Numbered from the stretch's first letter, positions 47,610-61,935 are shown. The stretch: 64,000 nt of DNA from Microthyrium microscopicum (GCA_010405405.1 MU004231.1:732153-796152), one strand, 5' to 3'. The notes: a model not told the origin generated them from the sequence alone. Numbers and translations are program-made.

Positions 47610-50600
47610 TCAAATATATGTTTGAAAATGGTGGGATGAGGGTGGAACAGTTGTGTTACTGATATATTGGCTTCCCGGAACGGTGGGGGAGCATAATGCG
47701 GAACTTTTCTCGTTTATGATGATCATTGCGGTGCGGGATTGGGCGTGTTTTCTCAATTCTCACATTGTTTTTATGTTGTGCTAATATTAGCTATTCTGGA
47801 CGTGTGAGATTGGGCACTTGGGGCATCTTGTATATTGATTTTCGCTACACTACCCCTGGCACACAGCCTTATGGGATCGGAATGTGGGTTTTGATTCCCG
47901 GGATATGGCGTTTCTGGTACATCTGGATCTTTGATAGATGGGAGTTCCGATACAATTGCCATGGCGCATGTGGCATTTTCCATATTACCTGAAGAACATA
48001 TTTTGATTGATGTGTGATATATTCACAAGCATCCCTTGGCCGATGCTATTGAGGCTGTGCTTTCGTACTTCATATTCAAGGACCGAAAGCTTATAGAGCC
48101 TGATAAATATACGCCAGCCTGTAATTGACATGTGTTGAGGCAACATGTGCTTTCAACCTCGCCGATATCGATGATTGCCATCATGGGCAATTGACAATGA
48201 CATGACACATTGCGATAGCCCTGATATAGTTCACTGCGGTTGCGCAAATGATGAGAGGTTGGGATATCAAATATTCCAATATATCACTCCAGGAGCTACC
48301 CTGGCGCAAACTGTCCTGTACAATGCTAGCATAGACAGCAATGAGCTTGTATACGAAGTTCATGCATATCATGCATTTCGTCCACGAACCCGAGCTTGCG
48401 CTTTCATCAACAGACCTGCGATTGCAATCTTCTATCCCGCTTGCAGCAATGAGAACGAGCCGTCGACTACCGTACCAGCCTTGCGATTGCTGAGGCAATT
48501 GTTTGGAGGGTAGCGAATTATGCACTAGAGACGTAAACAGAGTCATACATAACAATGCATCACAACCTTATCGATGTTTATTGACATGACTACCAAGGGT
48601 CATACATAATAGCGACATTGGCGGCCTCTTTTAGAACCTACACTTTACTAACAATGGCCAATCGCCACGTATCGTCACTATGCTTTGGTGATGTTACTTG
48701 GGCCCGGGTAAAAGGCTTATCCGCCCCACTGCACATTCCGCTAACTGCATGGCATAGATAGAGCTGTGTAGTTAGCGTGAAGGCCAGCAGCAATGCTGCC
48801 TGCCTCATTATTAAAGGAAGCGCTAAACTCAATCGCTGGTTTACCAATTCGACTAAGACCCCTGGTAGTACCAAGTAACGACGGACTTAGCCGTGGATCT
48901 GGGATTTTTGGTAGCATTCTTTATCTTGAAGATTGGAACACGATTGGACGGGCCAGCATACCTACAGCGACCGGGCCCAAAAAGCTTGCTGCAGCTTGCA
49001 TGCTCCAAAGCTTTGGAAGAAAAAAGGAAAAGCGGAAACAAAGTCGTCGTTTAAGGTTTTTCGATTGTGGAAGTGGCAGCCGGAGACTGGCGGAAAGGAT
49101 CCCGCAGAGCTTTGGTCGTTAGTGCTGTCGAGATTGAAGGTGGTTGCATTCGCGCCAAATGATTAGAGATGATCTTTGTTTGCTATCTTGCATGTTTTGG
49201 CTTCTTTCTATTGTGAGGAGAAGGATCTCGAGTATGGTGTATGAAGTACCAAAGGAGCATCACGGTTTGAAGAGCTCATGCTGTCAGTGGTTAGCTTGGA
49301 GTACGGTTAGCATGCAACAGTGCAGAATGTACTGAATGCCATGTCGGCTTCGGTTTTCGGCGCTTATTTCTCGTTCGGGTTTAAATCATCGATCGACAGA
49401 CGCGATGATCGGCATCGAGAGCAAGCCAAGCACGAGGAAGACAGCTAATACCGACGGGTGGAAGCCCGCTTGGCAGACACCAGCAGGAGCACGCTTGGCA
49501 TCATGACACGGATAGGGCCAAGAAGTGATCGGGTCTTGGAGATATAACTTCCAAGCGCAGAACAAGTGTACGCGAACTCGCACGATCCGAAGTACAGACA
49601 TTGGTTGACCGTAGATTTGGGCCTTTTGAACCGTTTTCAGGAGTAATTGATGGTCTAGAAAACAAAAGGCAAAATGTGTCATTCTTGACAGGTAATAGGT
49701 GCCATTGGTAGTCGCAGACGCTTGAATTCCCGTCAAACATGGTCCTTTTTGCTTTTGGTCGCACGATTGTAAGGGAAATCAAGACTTGGACTCCAATGGT
49801 CATTGGTAGATGGCAAGCAACGGTTTTATTGCCGTTGCGAATTAGATGACGACGCTCGAGAGAGTTGAGACGGAAATTGCTGTTTTGTTGAAGCTATCCT
49901 TGCCGTAAACCCGGAGAGATCCTTTGCTGGGTTGAATTCGTAGCACGGCAAAAGCCATTGAAGGATTCTGGTATAGCATTGCAAGGCATGTCACAAAGAC
50001 TTGTGGTAATTGTCCCATCCAATATGATAATTTCAGCAGATATCTATGATGATCTGGCGTCATGGGCATTTTAGGTGGGCGCAATACATTTTCAAACACT
50101 AGAATGTGCAGCTTGAACCTTGTACATGCAGACTGGTGGCTTGAATGCTGCAACTTGAGTATCTTCGTACGTTTAAGATCTTTGGTTGACACTTTCGCCC
50201 TTTAATTCCCGGCATGGAGGAGAAGCTTATAAAATGTAAAGGTTGCGACTTGGGACAAGATCTCCCCTTGGATGTCTGGAACCACAGTTCAGACAAACCA
50301 GTGAGGCGAGTAAGGCAATTGAGACGCATCAGAACCTTGATACAAAGTAGAAGTTGTTTTTCTATACTTGCTTTGGTATCCGTAATTTTGTAGGTCGTCG
50401 GATCGTCCAGTCGGAATTTGCCAACCCCAGGGTCTCAATAAACGGCTGTATCCATTGAATTGAGTGAAGTAGCAGTATCCTATCAACGGCTGTTCCCTCA
50501 GCACTGGATTTTTATCTCGCGTGGACGTGGGACCTGTTCAATGCCGTCGGAAGTCTCTAGCCAGTTACGGGATAGCCGTTTGATCTTGGGCTTTCTTGGG

Positions 50601-51290
50601 TCTGGTAGATATCTACGCGGAGATAATTCGGGCTCGAGTCCGTGATTCATCCAGCAGCCTTTCTTGGAGCCTTTGGACTTCAATAGTGACCACCCGCCCA
50701 AGGGGTTTGGCTGTCTGGTCACTCTGGCGAAGCTTACCAGCTTCCGAAGGCGTCCATCAATCGATGCTGGCGCTCCTTCGCTGATGGACAACCGAACGCC
50801 CAGCAAGCCACACCGCTGTCATGAGTAGCGAAGAGACGTGGTTGAAGCCAGACTGACCAATCAGCGAAATAGACAGCCCTTTTGGAGAACATGAAATCGG
50901 GGCTTTGGCCGTGTCGGCCGACAAGCTGCGGGAATAAACTTGCAGGGAGAGAGATCGACAGGGAGTTACAAGCTGGGTGGTAGTTCGAGAAGTCGAGCGA
51001 GCAAGCTGTGAGAGCTTCTGTTTGCTGTGGTCTACCGCTTGGCGCTCGGATTTTGGAATTGTTACGGGCTCTCAAACCAATCAACGGCCAAGTGGTGCAT
51101 CTTACGTGCTTCGATATGCCCCAAAAGGTCTAGTGCTGTCTGATTTGCCTCTTCCAAGTTCAACTTGTCACTTCGCATCCGATTATGCTCTCGGAACGAG
51201 CTTCCATGTGGCTTGCGCAGCCGACTGTAACATTTGGCCTTGTTCTGGGGACTGACCAAAATCACAATGAAGTTGGGATATCAAATGATA

Positions 51291-54200
51291 CCGTAGAAAT
51301 CCGACAACATGTCCGCAAGGTCGAGGGCGCTGGAGAGGCGTTTTTAGGGCGGTTTCTGTAGAAATGCCCCCTATAGTAATTTTGCAGTAATCTATTTTTA
51401 GAACGCTAAAAGCTATAATGGCGTTCCTATCCCTAAACCTACTGAACACCTAAAATTGAAGCTATATAATGATATCTTTATTAGTACAAAATAGTAAGAA
51501 TAGGAAGATGTAGTATTATATATAAGTAATGCTTTTAAAGCGTGTTTTTAATGCTAACATAGAGTAGATGTTATCTATGATTTCTATCGCTTATCTATAT
51601 TTGCTATAGGCTAAGAATACTGCCTAATTTAATGTCTAATCATTGATTTGAGTAGTCCTATTGATGATAGAATATCGCTATTAAATACTAAAGATAGATA
51701 TTTTGGCTAGGTCGTTTAATGAGATAGAGGTTAGATTGAAGAAGCCCTAGATGCTAGAATGCTAGTGTCGATATTAGTAATAAAGAGGTAGTTAGATACT
51801 AAATTTTAGTAGGATAGGACTCTTTATATCTACTAAGTAATCCGTTTTAGGGGAGGCTATTGGACGACTTAATTGCCTATTAATTTTAGTAAAAATAGTG
51901 GTAATACTGCTTAAAATCCTTTAGCGAGGGAACTTAGTAATTAGGCTAAGGGTTAGGCTGAGGGTTAGGCTAAGGGTCAGGGTATAGTAAGATAATTAGT
52001 AATAATACGGGTATTAGGTCGTTTATATATAGATTTTGCTATATATCTTCTATTAATTTAATGAAGGATAAATTTACTATAGCTTCATCTTCGTTAATAG
52101 GTAGAGGAATATAACCCTTAACTTCTTCTTTATTATAGTATTCCCTACTATTATTATTACTAATATCTTTAGCTTCAATATTAGGGTCGTTTATCTCTTC
52201 TTGCTCTTTATCTTTAACGGCACTAAGAATATTAATAGATTCTTGCTTCACTACACGCCAGTTCAAGAAGTCTAATAATAATATTAAATCTTTAATGCTA
52301 ATATTATTCTTCTTGTTTGTAATAACATTTTTAGGCATAGTATTCAACCCCGTAGTAATAAACGAGCGTCTAATTATTAGAGAGCTATTAAAGTAAATTT
52401 GTCGCTAGGCCTTTGTTATAACATAAGTTATAAATACTTAATATTAAGATATATTCTAATTAAGGGGGTCTAAATCTTTGATATTTATATCCTTAAAGCA
52501 CTCTTATGCATAGAATGTAGAGGCCTATAGGTCTTAAAGGTTCTTAACGAGTTATTTAAATAGCTTATTTACGCTAACATTAAGCAGTTAGATTTTAGAT
52601 GTATAACTAGGAGGAACGATAGTAATAACAATATTGTAGTCTTTATACCATTACTTAACGATAGCCGTTTTATAAGCAAAGAAGGCGTCTATAATAAGAA
52701 TAGAAGGATTGGAAATACATATTATAGATATTAAAGAAGTAGAAGATATTAAAGATATTAAAAAGGTGCAAGATATTAAAGAGGTGCTAGTAGGGCTTGA
52801 TTTTAGAAGAGATGTTATTAAATTAAGCTCTAGATCCCGTAGTTAGTGCTAAAATATTTCCATTTTAGGAAGGTACGAGAAAGGAATTACCTAAAGTAGA
52901 AGGAGACGGAACATCTTTAGACCGTTTAGACCCCTCTAAAGGCTCTTTAAGATTCTCTACCGCTATATCTAATCCTCTAAGATAATAATATTCTAACCAC
53001 TACTACATAATATCCTTATTATTCTACGCCATCTTATTGTATTTAATAAACACCTCCTAGTTATAGAACGTACCCTTAGTCTTTAAGATACGACCTTTAT
53101 CTTTATTAGTAGTACTATAGAAGATAATTAGTAGTGAGATTTAAAGCGTGCCATTAGCTGTTATTACTAACATGACCGTTATTTAACGTTTATCATCTCT
53201 ATCTTTATAAGTATAAATCAAAACCGTCTTTAACCCTACATTTACTAAAGTATAATCGCTAAAGTTATAAAAAAGCATTAGCGTCTCGTCTATATTAACA
53301 ATTTGATAGGCAGACACTATAGCTTTTAATTCTTCATCTAATACTGTATTAATATTTACTTAAAGACTACTAGCTAGCGCTATGGCCTTATAGGTCACAA
53401 GTTTTATAAATCTAATAAGATTGCTACATTAAGAAACTTATTCTTTAGGCAGTTTCTAAGCTACGTAGGTTACCTTTCTTCGCACAATCCTAAAGCGCTT
53501 TAGGTAGTTTTAAAGCTAGCCCTATAAGAATTAATAAATCGCTAGTATCTCTTAAGCCTTAATTTTAGCAATATAAATATAAGGGTACAACGCCTTAGCT
53601 TTCTAAAGCAATTAATAAGTACCTATAGACCTATTCTTAGCTCGCTATTCATAGTACTATACATAAACGGCATCTTTAAGTCTAGGAAAGTGCTCCCTCT
53701 ATATATCTAGACGCTCAACTCGACGGCTTACATGCAAAATTAACCATAATAACTAGCGCTAATGCCACCACCATCATACAGTTCTCTTATTTAACGCGTA
53801 GTATTAAGTAGCTTTAATAGCTATACCAGTACACTACTATTAATTAGTATCCAGACATTTATACTATTTTATGCCCTCTAATAGTAAGTATCACTATTCA
53901 TTAGGGGATAGCATATAACGCTATTATAGTATCTACGCTACTACTTCTATTTATAGTTAAACTAAAGCGGTGTTAAACAACTTAGATTTAGGAGCGATAG
54001 TAACGACCTTCTAAAGATTAAATCCCTTACTCTTTTTAGCATGTAGTTTTGCCCTTAAAGGACGTAGATAATTTATCCCTATAACATTTAAGTCTAGTTT
54101 AGCTAATAACGCTCATTATAATTAGCGTGCTTCTTTTAGTGCCTTTAGCATAGTTATAAATATCGATTTTGATGTTTTTTAATTAGATTAAGTCAAGATA

Positions 54201-54539
54201 ATAGATATTCAAAGCTTTTAATTAGATTAAAGAAGAAGATAAAATTCTATAGCAAAATCTACATATAAAGTTCTATATAAGGCTTTAGCCTAATTATAAT
54301 AAATATACCCCTATCGTCAAAATAACAATATTCTGCTCAAAGCAGGTTAGCTTATCTTTAAAAACGTCAAAATCTGTCAAAATAGCTTGCTTAGCGCTGA
54401 TATTAGGGCGTTAAAAACGGATACTACCTAAATTACTAGCGCTACATTTTCGACGCCCCCTAGCGCGCTATCCTCCTCAACACCCTGTTTTGGCTAAATC
54501 GATTAGCTACCTTGCGGACATGTTGGTAGATTTGTACGG
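51291..54539 (-). mobile_element. Full-length, heavily RIP-mutated Tc1/mariner-superfamily (pogo-like DDE_1) DNA transposon, 3249 bp
   Basis: 30-bp TIRs ccgtagaaatccgacaacatgtccgcaagg / ccttgcggacatgttggtagatttgtacgg (26/30 match), TA on both flanks. Minus-strand remnants IVNIDETL and ILIIDAF...IVPPSYTSKI*LLNVSVNKLFK. Strong TpA excess and abrupt AT shift. Confidence 0.92.
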
Positions 54540-56715
54540 TAACTTCTGGTTCATCCTGACACTCTACTGGTTAGCGTTCCGTCGTGGTCCGCCAGGACAC
54601 CAGCCAAGATGTGAGAGCCAAAGCTGGGCGAGCGACTACTCTCAGGGCATCTCGATTGTCTGATTTGATCTCGCTCATGATTTCATGTGCAAAATAACGG
54701 GCTTGTGAACCTGTAAAGGTCCAAGGAGAGAACGAGGACCAAAATTGCTGCTGAGACCACGGGAAGCCATTGGCGCTGTGCTGTGCGATCCATGCTTGGC
54801 CATGTCAGACAGGCGTCAAGTTGCAGACGTCCTTGTCATCCTACCGAAAACTTCTGTTGAAACGCAACATGCTAGCGTGCCTATTTGGGTCGCGGTCCCA
54901 CTAAATTTAGCGGGCGCTGCCCCTGTTGGTGATCATTTGTCCCTTTTGAATCACCTGAAGGTAATTGGCTCGAAAGGAGTTTCCCTTAAGCCTCTATCCG
55001 CTTTTACAAGGATTAATGAATAAGTTAATACGGTAAGTAATCCACATTTAGAAGAGAATTATCCCTGTTAACACCCTTCCTGACCCCTTTTGCCCCATCT
55101 AGCGCAAGCCCAAAAGCCTTCTCTAATCCAAATAGGCACGCTAGCATGTTGCGTTTCAACAGAAGTTTTCGGTACGCCTGAAGTCTGCTTGCGCAGCTCT
55201 GCATCATCCATTCAGAAGCGATACATCCAACGTCCAGGCAGTTTAGGTGATTCCCCCTTTGATTGCGTAAGTGACTATAGCGTGTTTGAGGAATCAATTG
55301 ATCCCCAAGGACGCGCAGCATAAATATTTGTTTTGCTGAATGAATCTGAGCCGCTGAGAAGCTTCTCAAAATAATAGTGAAAGTCTAGAGAACTGGTCGC
55401 ATAGAGTTAGTGGACCAAAAAAGCCGGAAAACAGATGTGAGAGCACAAATTCCGCGTTCCTGGAATTGGTTCCGAGTTGCTTGATAATAACAGCGACGAC
55501 GTAAGACGAAGAAAGACCTTGCGCCAAACATGATTCAAACTAGAGCCAGGGACCGGACTTGTAGCTCAAACTTTACTTGAGCGTTTTCGCTGTCAGTGCC
55601 ATTGCTCACAACTGGCCAAAGCATGCATACGAGTGATAACTAGAGCAGATATCATATGCATAGCAGGCATAGAGATCAAGGCACCCTTCGCGATACACGC
55701 AAAAGTTTGCAAACAACGAGCAGAATAACGAGGGATGCTGCATTGTAACTCGTACCCATCACAAGAAGCTAGGATGTTCCAATTATAGTTACCATGCTTT
55801 TCTCCTTGGCCCCAGTGGCCCCTTCCAGAATGGTGGGAGGCCGCTTCAAACCACCAGAATGGGACTGTCAATGCTGTGAAATTCTCGACCTCCCTGCTTC
55901 GATTAGAGTGTGTGCTCAGATGTGTAACCGATAGCTTCAACACTACCTAAGTAGCTTTGCTGCGGCTCCGTCTTCGCCATTCCAACGGGAACCCTGCAGC
56001 GTGGGAGTACTTGTAGGTATGGCATTTGTTATCACCAATTCGTCACTAGTAGTTGAGCGAACATAATTGATGTTACTCTGGGAATCTCGCGATCCGAATT
56101 GCCCGAGCCAGGAACTTAAGTCGTTTCTAAAGAGTCAAATGTTACCGTAAGTTGTGAAGTGATGACGGCATCACGGTGGAACGATTGAGGCTTGAGCCAA
56201 TGGCCGAGAGCCGCCGTACGAGGCTGAAAGACACGACGTTCGCGTGCGAGAGAGCTGGAGGCTAGTAGCATCGACATGTTAGTGTAGTTGAGGCGCGCGA
56301 AGCATGAACTACTGCGTCAAAATAGCATACGCCGACAAGATAATGACGAACACCACAGCTCGTGGCCTCGACTGGCGGGCAAAGTAACGGAACGGAGATG
56401 ATGTTGCTAATTCGTGGGATTGGCGTTGCTGGCGTTGAAAGGTACTTCAGCGTTTCCAAGCAGTTCCAAGCAGTCCAAGGCTCGTTATGTGTGCCAGCTG
56501 GTGGCATGGATTTGATGTGCAAATCGGTCGGGCGGCACACAAAGTTGATGAGCGCGTTCCGACCAGGTTCCGAGATAACATGGATCAATGATGAGAGAAG
56601 GGAAGGATAAGCCAAAAGGGAAATAGCAAAAGGCTAAAGACACAGAGCGCGAGCCTTGTTGGGGTGTTTGACTATCCAGAGTACGTGGTAGTGCCTGTTG
56701 GCTGGATTTGTAGTT

Positions 56716-56787
56716 GAAGTGGTGGTGTTGATGGTATTGGTGGTATTGGTATTGGTATTGGTGTTGGTGGTGGTATTGGTGGTGGTG
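56716..56787. repeat. Degenerate (GGT/GGTATT)n microsatellite
   Basis: ggtggtgttgatggtattggtggtattggtattggtattggtgttggtggtggtattggtggtggtg. Confidence 0.85.
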
Positions 56788-57968
56788 AAGTGCTTGCGTT
56801 GCCTGCATTTCAAATGTCAGTTCATCGGGAAAAGGCTCCTTGACCACCATTTCAGTATTAGTCTGAGCCTTTTAGCCTTTTAGCCTTTTCTTAATCCCTT
56901 CAAGCATCTTGATCCTGATCCAGTCCAGTGTGTGAACCTGAGCCTGAACCTGAGCCTTTGATTACTTAGTATGCTTTAGTCCCCCAAGTGCCACACACGG
57001 ACTCGAAACCTTCTTGCATCTGCATACTACTCTAGTCTTCGACCTCCTGTACTTTGTACTTTGTACTTGTATCTGTAGTAATAACCTCATTATCCTTCTG
57101 TTCCTCCTCTCCTCCATCCTGGATTCCTGATCATCCCTCCTCTTCCTCCTCCTGCTTGCTTCAAAGTTCAACCTGCTTATCCTGAGCGTCAAGCGTTTCC
57201 TCGATTCCTGGATTGGCGAATATACTTTATTACACGATTACGACTTTTTACCTGGTTCCTGGTCTCTTCTGGTTTCTGGATCCTGACTTGTTATTGGCTT
57301 CTCTTCTCTTCTCCTTTCCAACGTAGAGTAACTTCCAGTTTCGACTCTTGGACTCCCACCTCAACCAGTTCCCGCCCCTCGCCACTGCCTTCCAATTCTC
57401 TGGTTTCTAATTTCTCCCAAGTCTTCGCCACCAATCCTCTTTCAAATTAGTTCTTCAACCTTTTACACCTGTGATCGCGAATTTGCTGGAACGCCAAAAT
57501 TCGGTGCCAATCCGCCAACTCCCCTCTTCAGCTTCCTACAGCTGTCGATAGTCAAGGTCTTATTACCACTACTCGAGTTTAATTCTTTTGACCTTGACAC
57601 ACAAGGTTCAACCTAATCAAGCGAACCGTCGTTCTCCTGCCCATCAAGGTCATTGGCATCCCAATCCCAAGGGTTGCCGGCAGATCCGCTCATTGACCGG
57701 GTCTACTTAGTCCCGTTTAACCTGCAGACAAGCTCCTGGATACTCAGTCCTGTTCCAGGATCTCTTTAAACAATTTCTAGACTCGAATTAAGAGGCTAGA
57801 AATATAGGTTCGTTCAATCTGCAAGCCGTCAACTTGAGGGGCGACGAGCCCAGCTCGTACGGCGGCTATCCGCTGTCGAACCAGTCGTCAGCTACGACTC
57901 CCAACAGCATCATTTCGAATTCTCAGCAGCAGGCTCTACTAGCTCCTAATAGACTGCAATTACCTGTC

Positions 57969-58950
57969 ATGGCGCAAACTCAACAATATCTGCCGCATTG
58001 GCCGACCCCGCCTCACCACCAAATGCATCAAATTCCACATCAACAGTCATATCTGGACCAACATCAACAGATGCATCAATGGCATGGTATGTCATCATCA
58101 ATGCCGCCTCAACAACAACTTCCACAACACACTGCGCATCCGATGCTACAGCACAATTACATTTCACATGACCATTTACAACCGACAAACCAACGGGGCT
58201 TGACTATCAACACATCCCAATCCTTAATACCGCATACTCAAGCGCTTTCTCATCCTCAGCAAGGTCTTCCACAAACACAGCTCTCGCTTCCACCACCACC
58301 GCAAACACCATTATCTCAGGCTCAATTAGATCGGTACAATCAACCAGTTCCGCATCAAGTAGTAGGACAGCAAGGAATTCGCGGTGTGTTGCCTAGTGCA
58401 ACTGGAGATCCGTCTTCACCTGATGAACCATGCGAACCAGAACAAGATGAAAAAGACGGAAGTTGGCCCTGTAAATGCTGCGGAAAGCGATACCGTCATG
58501 CGAAGCACCTTCGCCGACATCATTCAAGACGTAAGTTATTCAACCAGCGTATTGAAGAGAAAGAGGCCCCTCATATCTAATTCGTGACTTGTGTGAGACT
58601 GAGCTGCACTATGATGTACGCGCATTGAATCAATTGCTAACATATATGCTATAGACACTGGCGAAACTCCGTACGAATGCCCACTGTGTTCTCGTCGCTT
58701 TGGTCGCTCCGACGTGCTCAAACGCCACTACCATAAGTGCGCCACGCGACGCGGTGCAATTGTGGGTGACCACCTGGCCGGCCAGCGCGGACACCCCCGT
58801 CGTCAGCGAATGAAGAGTGGACAGCTCATGGACATCAAGGACGACGAAGGCTATCTGGGCATCAAGCATGAACTGGGTTCGCCTATCACTCCTGGACCAA
58901 TCGACAACAAACCGGCAATGGGGGACCAAATGTCAAATTTCTTGTCTTGA
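57969..58950 (+). CDS. Two-finger C2H2 transcription factor with Gln/His/Pro-rich N-terminus (resembles the RfeC-like family), 2 exons
   Basis: WPCKCCGKRYRHAKHLRRHHSR|HTGETPYECPLCSRRFGRSDVLKRHYHKC across intron 58531-58653, preceded by VVGQQGIRGVLPSA. Confidence 0.88.
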
Positions 58951-61377
58951 ATGGTCACAGATTTGCGCGTCAGACCCACCTTGGAGTCTGATGCGTATCT
59001 GACTCCAAAAGTATTCGGCAAAGTCTGCGCGTCGGTACGGTTTCTTTCAAAGGCGTTTAAGGTTGTTTCATGGGAGCATTACAAAAAGCTGCAGGAAATG
59101 GGACTGGTCGATAGATTTGATATGGTTCGGATACCATACGGCGTAATCTGGGCATGGGAGCAGAATTCTGTTCGGTGACGAGGGAACACGAACGTGAGGT
59201 GCATGCATTTATTATAATGCTGGTATGCATAGGCGGAGTTCTCCAAGGATGCTATATTTTTTGGCCCAGCAGGCCTTATTCAGAACTGAACATATGCCAC
59301 CGGCGCAAAGAGGGAAATGGAAAGTTCACACATAATCGATGAATTGGTCGGACACCAGTCCTATGGACCATTAGACATTAGCCCTTAACGCGTGAGAGGA
59401 TTCAATACTTCCTCTGCAGATACATTAATACGAAACAACACGACCAGCAACGAAATGCCCAATTCCCAGATCAAAACATGAATGAAAAGTTCAACATTGA
59501 AATTCGATTCTATCACGTGTCTTCCTCTGCTCAAATGACGATGGTGCCCGTTAACCTTTGGCTATAAAATTACAGGACTCTTTGGACCGTGGTCAAGAGG
59601 CTTTTGTCATCTTTGTTTTGACTTCTGAAGTAAAAGTGGCTTCCAAGGCTTCTACGGGGCTAGCTGCGTACGCATCTACGAATCATCAACACCCGCTGGC
59701 CAGTGGGATCCTTTTCAACCCCTGCTATCTGATCGACAATCTGCCCATGGATTCTTCTGCAGACTGCAGCAAACACGTCTCGCAACACGTTATCCGGCCT
59801 TGAAAAATGATACAGGTATTTGAAGATCGGTAACAACTTTGATTCTTCCTCTTAGCGGCCATCAACAATCTCATACAACGTCCAATAATCCGCCAATCCC
59901 AAATCAGTATTTGATTTTCCTTCACGATTCGATCTTCATTCCTTTTCCGCCCCAACATCTCGCTGAACTTTTGATGCATGGCCCCGGTCACAGCCGGCGT
60001 TCTTCGATGTGGCTTGTCAACACACGAGCTCAACATCAAGCATTGAACTGCTGGCTTGCATAAAAGCTGCCAGGCACGCGGGTGACAAAATTAGCGAGAC
60101 TCGAAAATCTAACTCGCAGCTTTTATATAATATAGAACAACCATTTCATGTCTGTTGGACTCCAAAATTATGTCTATATGTAGATAATATCTTCTTCTTT
60201 AACCTGCGAAATTTTGTTTAGATAAAATAAAGAAATGAGCTTGTAGTGAAGGATAGTCATAGAGAAAGTATGTTTTAGCGTTTATCGCTTAATATCTTAA
60301 CAACGAATCTACTGATTATTCTCAAATTTTAACAGCTTATTTATACGGCTCCTTTATAAGCCCGACATAAATTTCGAGCGATAAAGTCTATTATTGAAGG
60401 CGTGATGGTAGAAAGTATCTCTTCAGAGCCTTTTTGGAGTCTCGCTAATATTGTCACCCGCGTGCCAGGGTACCCGGAAGCTAATCGTCCATGCACAGCC
60501 AAGAAAAGCTCAACAAGAGAGAGAAAAAAATCTCCGACAAGTCTAGTCCGTAATGGGAGCACTTCAGCGCCGCCTTTTTTGCGAGGCTAGGATTTCAAAT
60601 CGTTCAGAATCGGAGCCGCGTAGAGTGGGCTTGCACAACAAGGCGGGTTTTCAGCCTCGTCGTGTTCATCGGTTTGTTTAAAAGTTGGGCGTTGCACATG
60701 CCGTCAAGCCGGTGGTTCCTTCCGTCGGAAAGTCAGGGTAGGTTTTGGTATATTTGGAGTGGTTTGAGTGATCCTTTGAAGTCAGGTTAGGCCAGAGTTG
60801 TGCGCCATGGGTGTTCTTGGGAGAGATTGCTTTGCGGCCAGGAGGATGTTGTTGGTCATGAATGATATGATGGCTTTGTCTCGGTTCCGAGATCTAAAGT
60901 TGGTTGATGTTCGATGTACGAGATGCGCTGATATGCGGTCGTTCCACTTGTCATTCGTTAAAGTGCCAACCTGCAAAATTTCCTGATAGCTTAACCTCAT
61001 GGATTTTCTTAGACGCTGTTAAGGACTCAAGGCTGTCTGCTCTCGGTTTCCATGTCGATAAGGTTTGGGTATCTATATTCAACGAAGCGTCAGACACTAA
61101 TATAGACTTGGTAGCTTCAACTCACGACGGCACAAGATGAGTTTCAGCGAAGCATATTGATATTGTTAATGCTATGATTATTCCTCCCGTTCATTGTAAG
61201 CAATAAGGATGTTCCAATGCACTCTCCTCTGATAAAAGTCCTTTGCCGCGGTCGTTAACCTCCTTGTATACATAGTAATTAAGGGATGAGTCATGCGCCC
61301 AACTTTCGTTCCGTCCTTCAACAAGTTCGCTTCTCCAACACCGCCGACAAAATAGGGAATCCCCCAAGCCGCGTCGT

Positions 61378-61935
61378 GTCCAACCGCCGATTCTAATCCG
61401 CCTTGATATCCTGCATAGTCCCGAGATGGTCAATGACTAGTGAAAGTGCACGCACAAACATTATGTCAAAGAGACAAGTCCCACCAAAAGATTCCTCGAG
61501 TCCAACCGCCAATTCGAAGCCGCCTTGACATCCTTTTGAACTCCTGAGATGGTTATTGACTAGTGGAAGTGCATATGCACAAACATTTTATCAAAGAAAG
61601 AAGTTCCATCAGAGGATAGCAAAGGAGATGGGCAGTGACTAGTGAAAGTGCAGATGCACAAACATTCTGTCAAACAAGAAGTTCCCATCCCTAGGCCGCA
61701 AGTGAAATTCTGGGCGGGCAGTCGATGTGGCGAGGATTGTGGGTTGCCGATATGATTTGGCTAGGAATAAGAAGTGGCCGTGGAAGGCGCTGATTGTCAT
61801 GCACCCAATACTGTCAAGCTCTCACCCCAAGGCCGCAAATGGAATGATGGACCGGCAGTCGACGTCGCTGATTTGACCAGGAATCAGAACCGACTTTGGA
61901 AGGCGCCGATTGCTATGCACCCAATGATGTCAAGT
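61378..61935. repeat. Cluster of diverged ~120-bp tandem duplications
   Basis: Unit A at 61378 and 61500, partial third copy at ~61624-61689. Unit B at 61753 and 61869. Confidence 0.85.

Noticed and set aside
47700..51280. Short ORFs such as 48175-48513 and 49842-50192
   Set aside because: Fragmentary and without diagnostic motifs, so no product call can be supported.
51940..51985. Telomere-like repeat (gggttaggctaa/gggttaggctga)
   Set aside because: The period is 12 bp, not TTAGGG, and it lies inside the transposon where it reads as a Pro-Asn-Pro-Gln coding repeat.
61378..61935. CRISPR-like repeat-spacer array
   Set aside because: Eukaryotic context, few and diverged units, no unique spacers between identical repeats, no cas genes.
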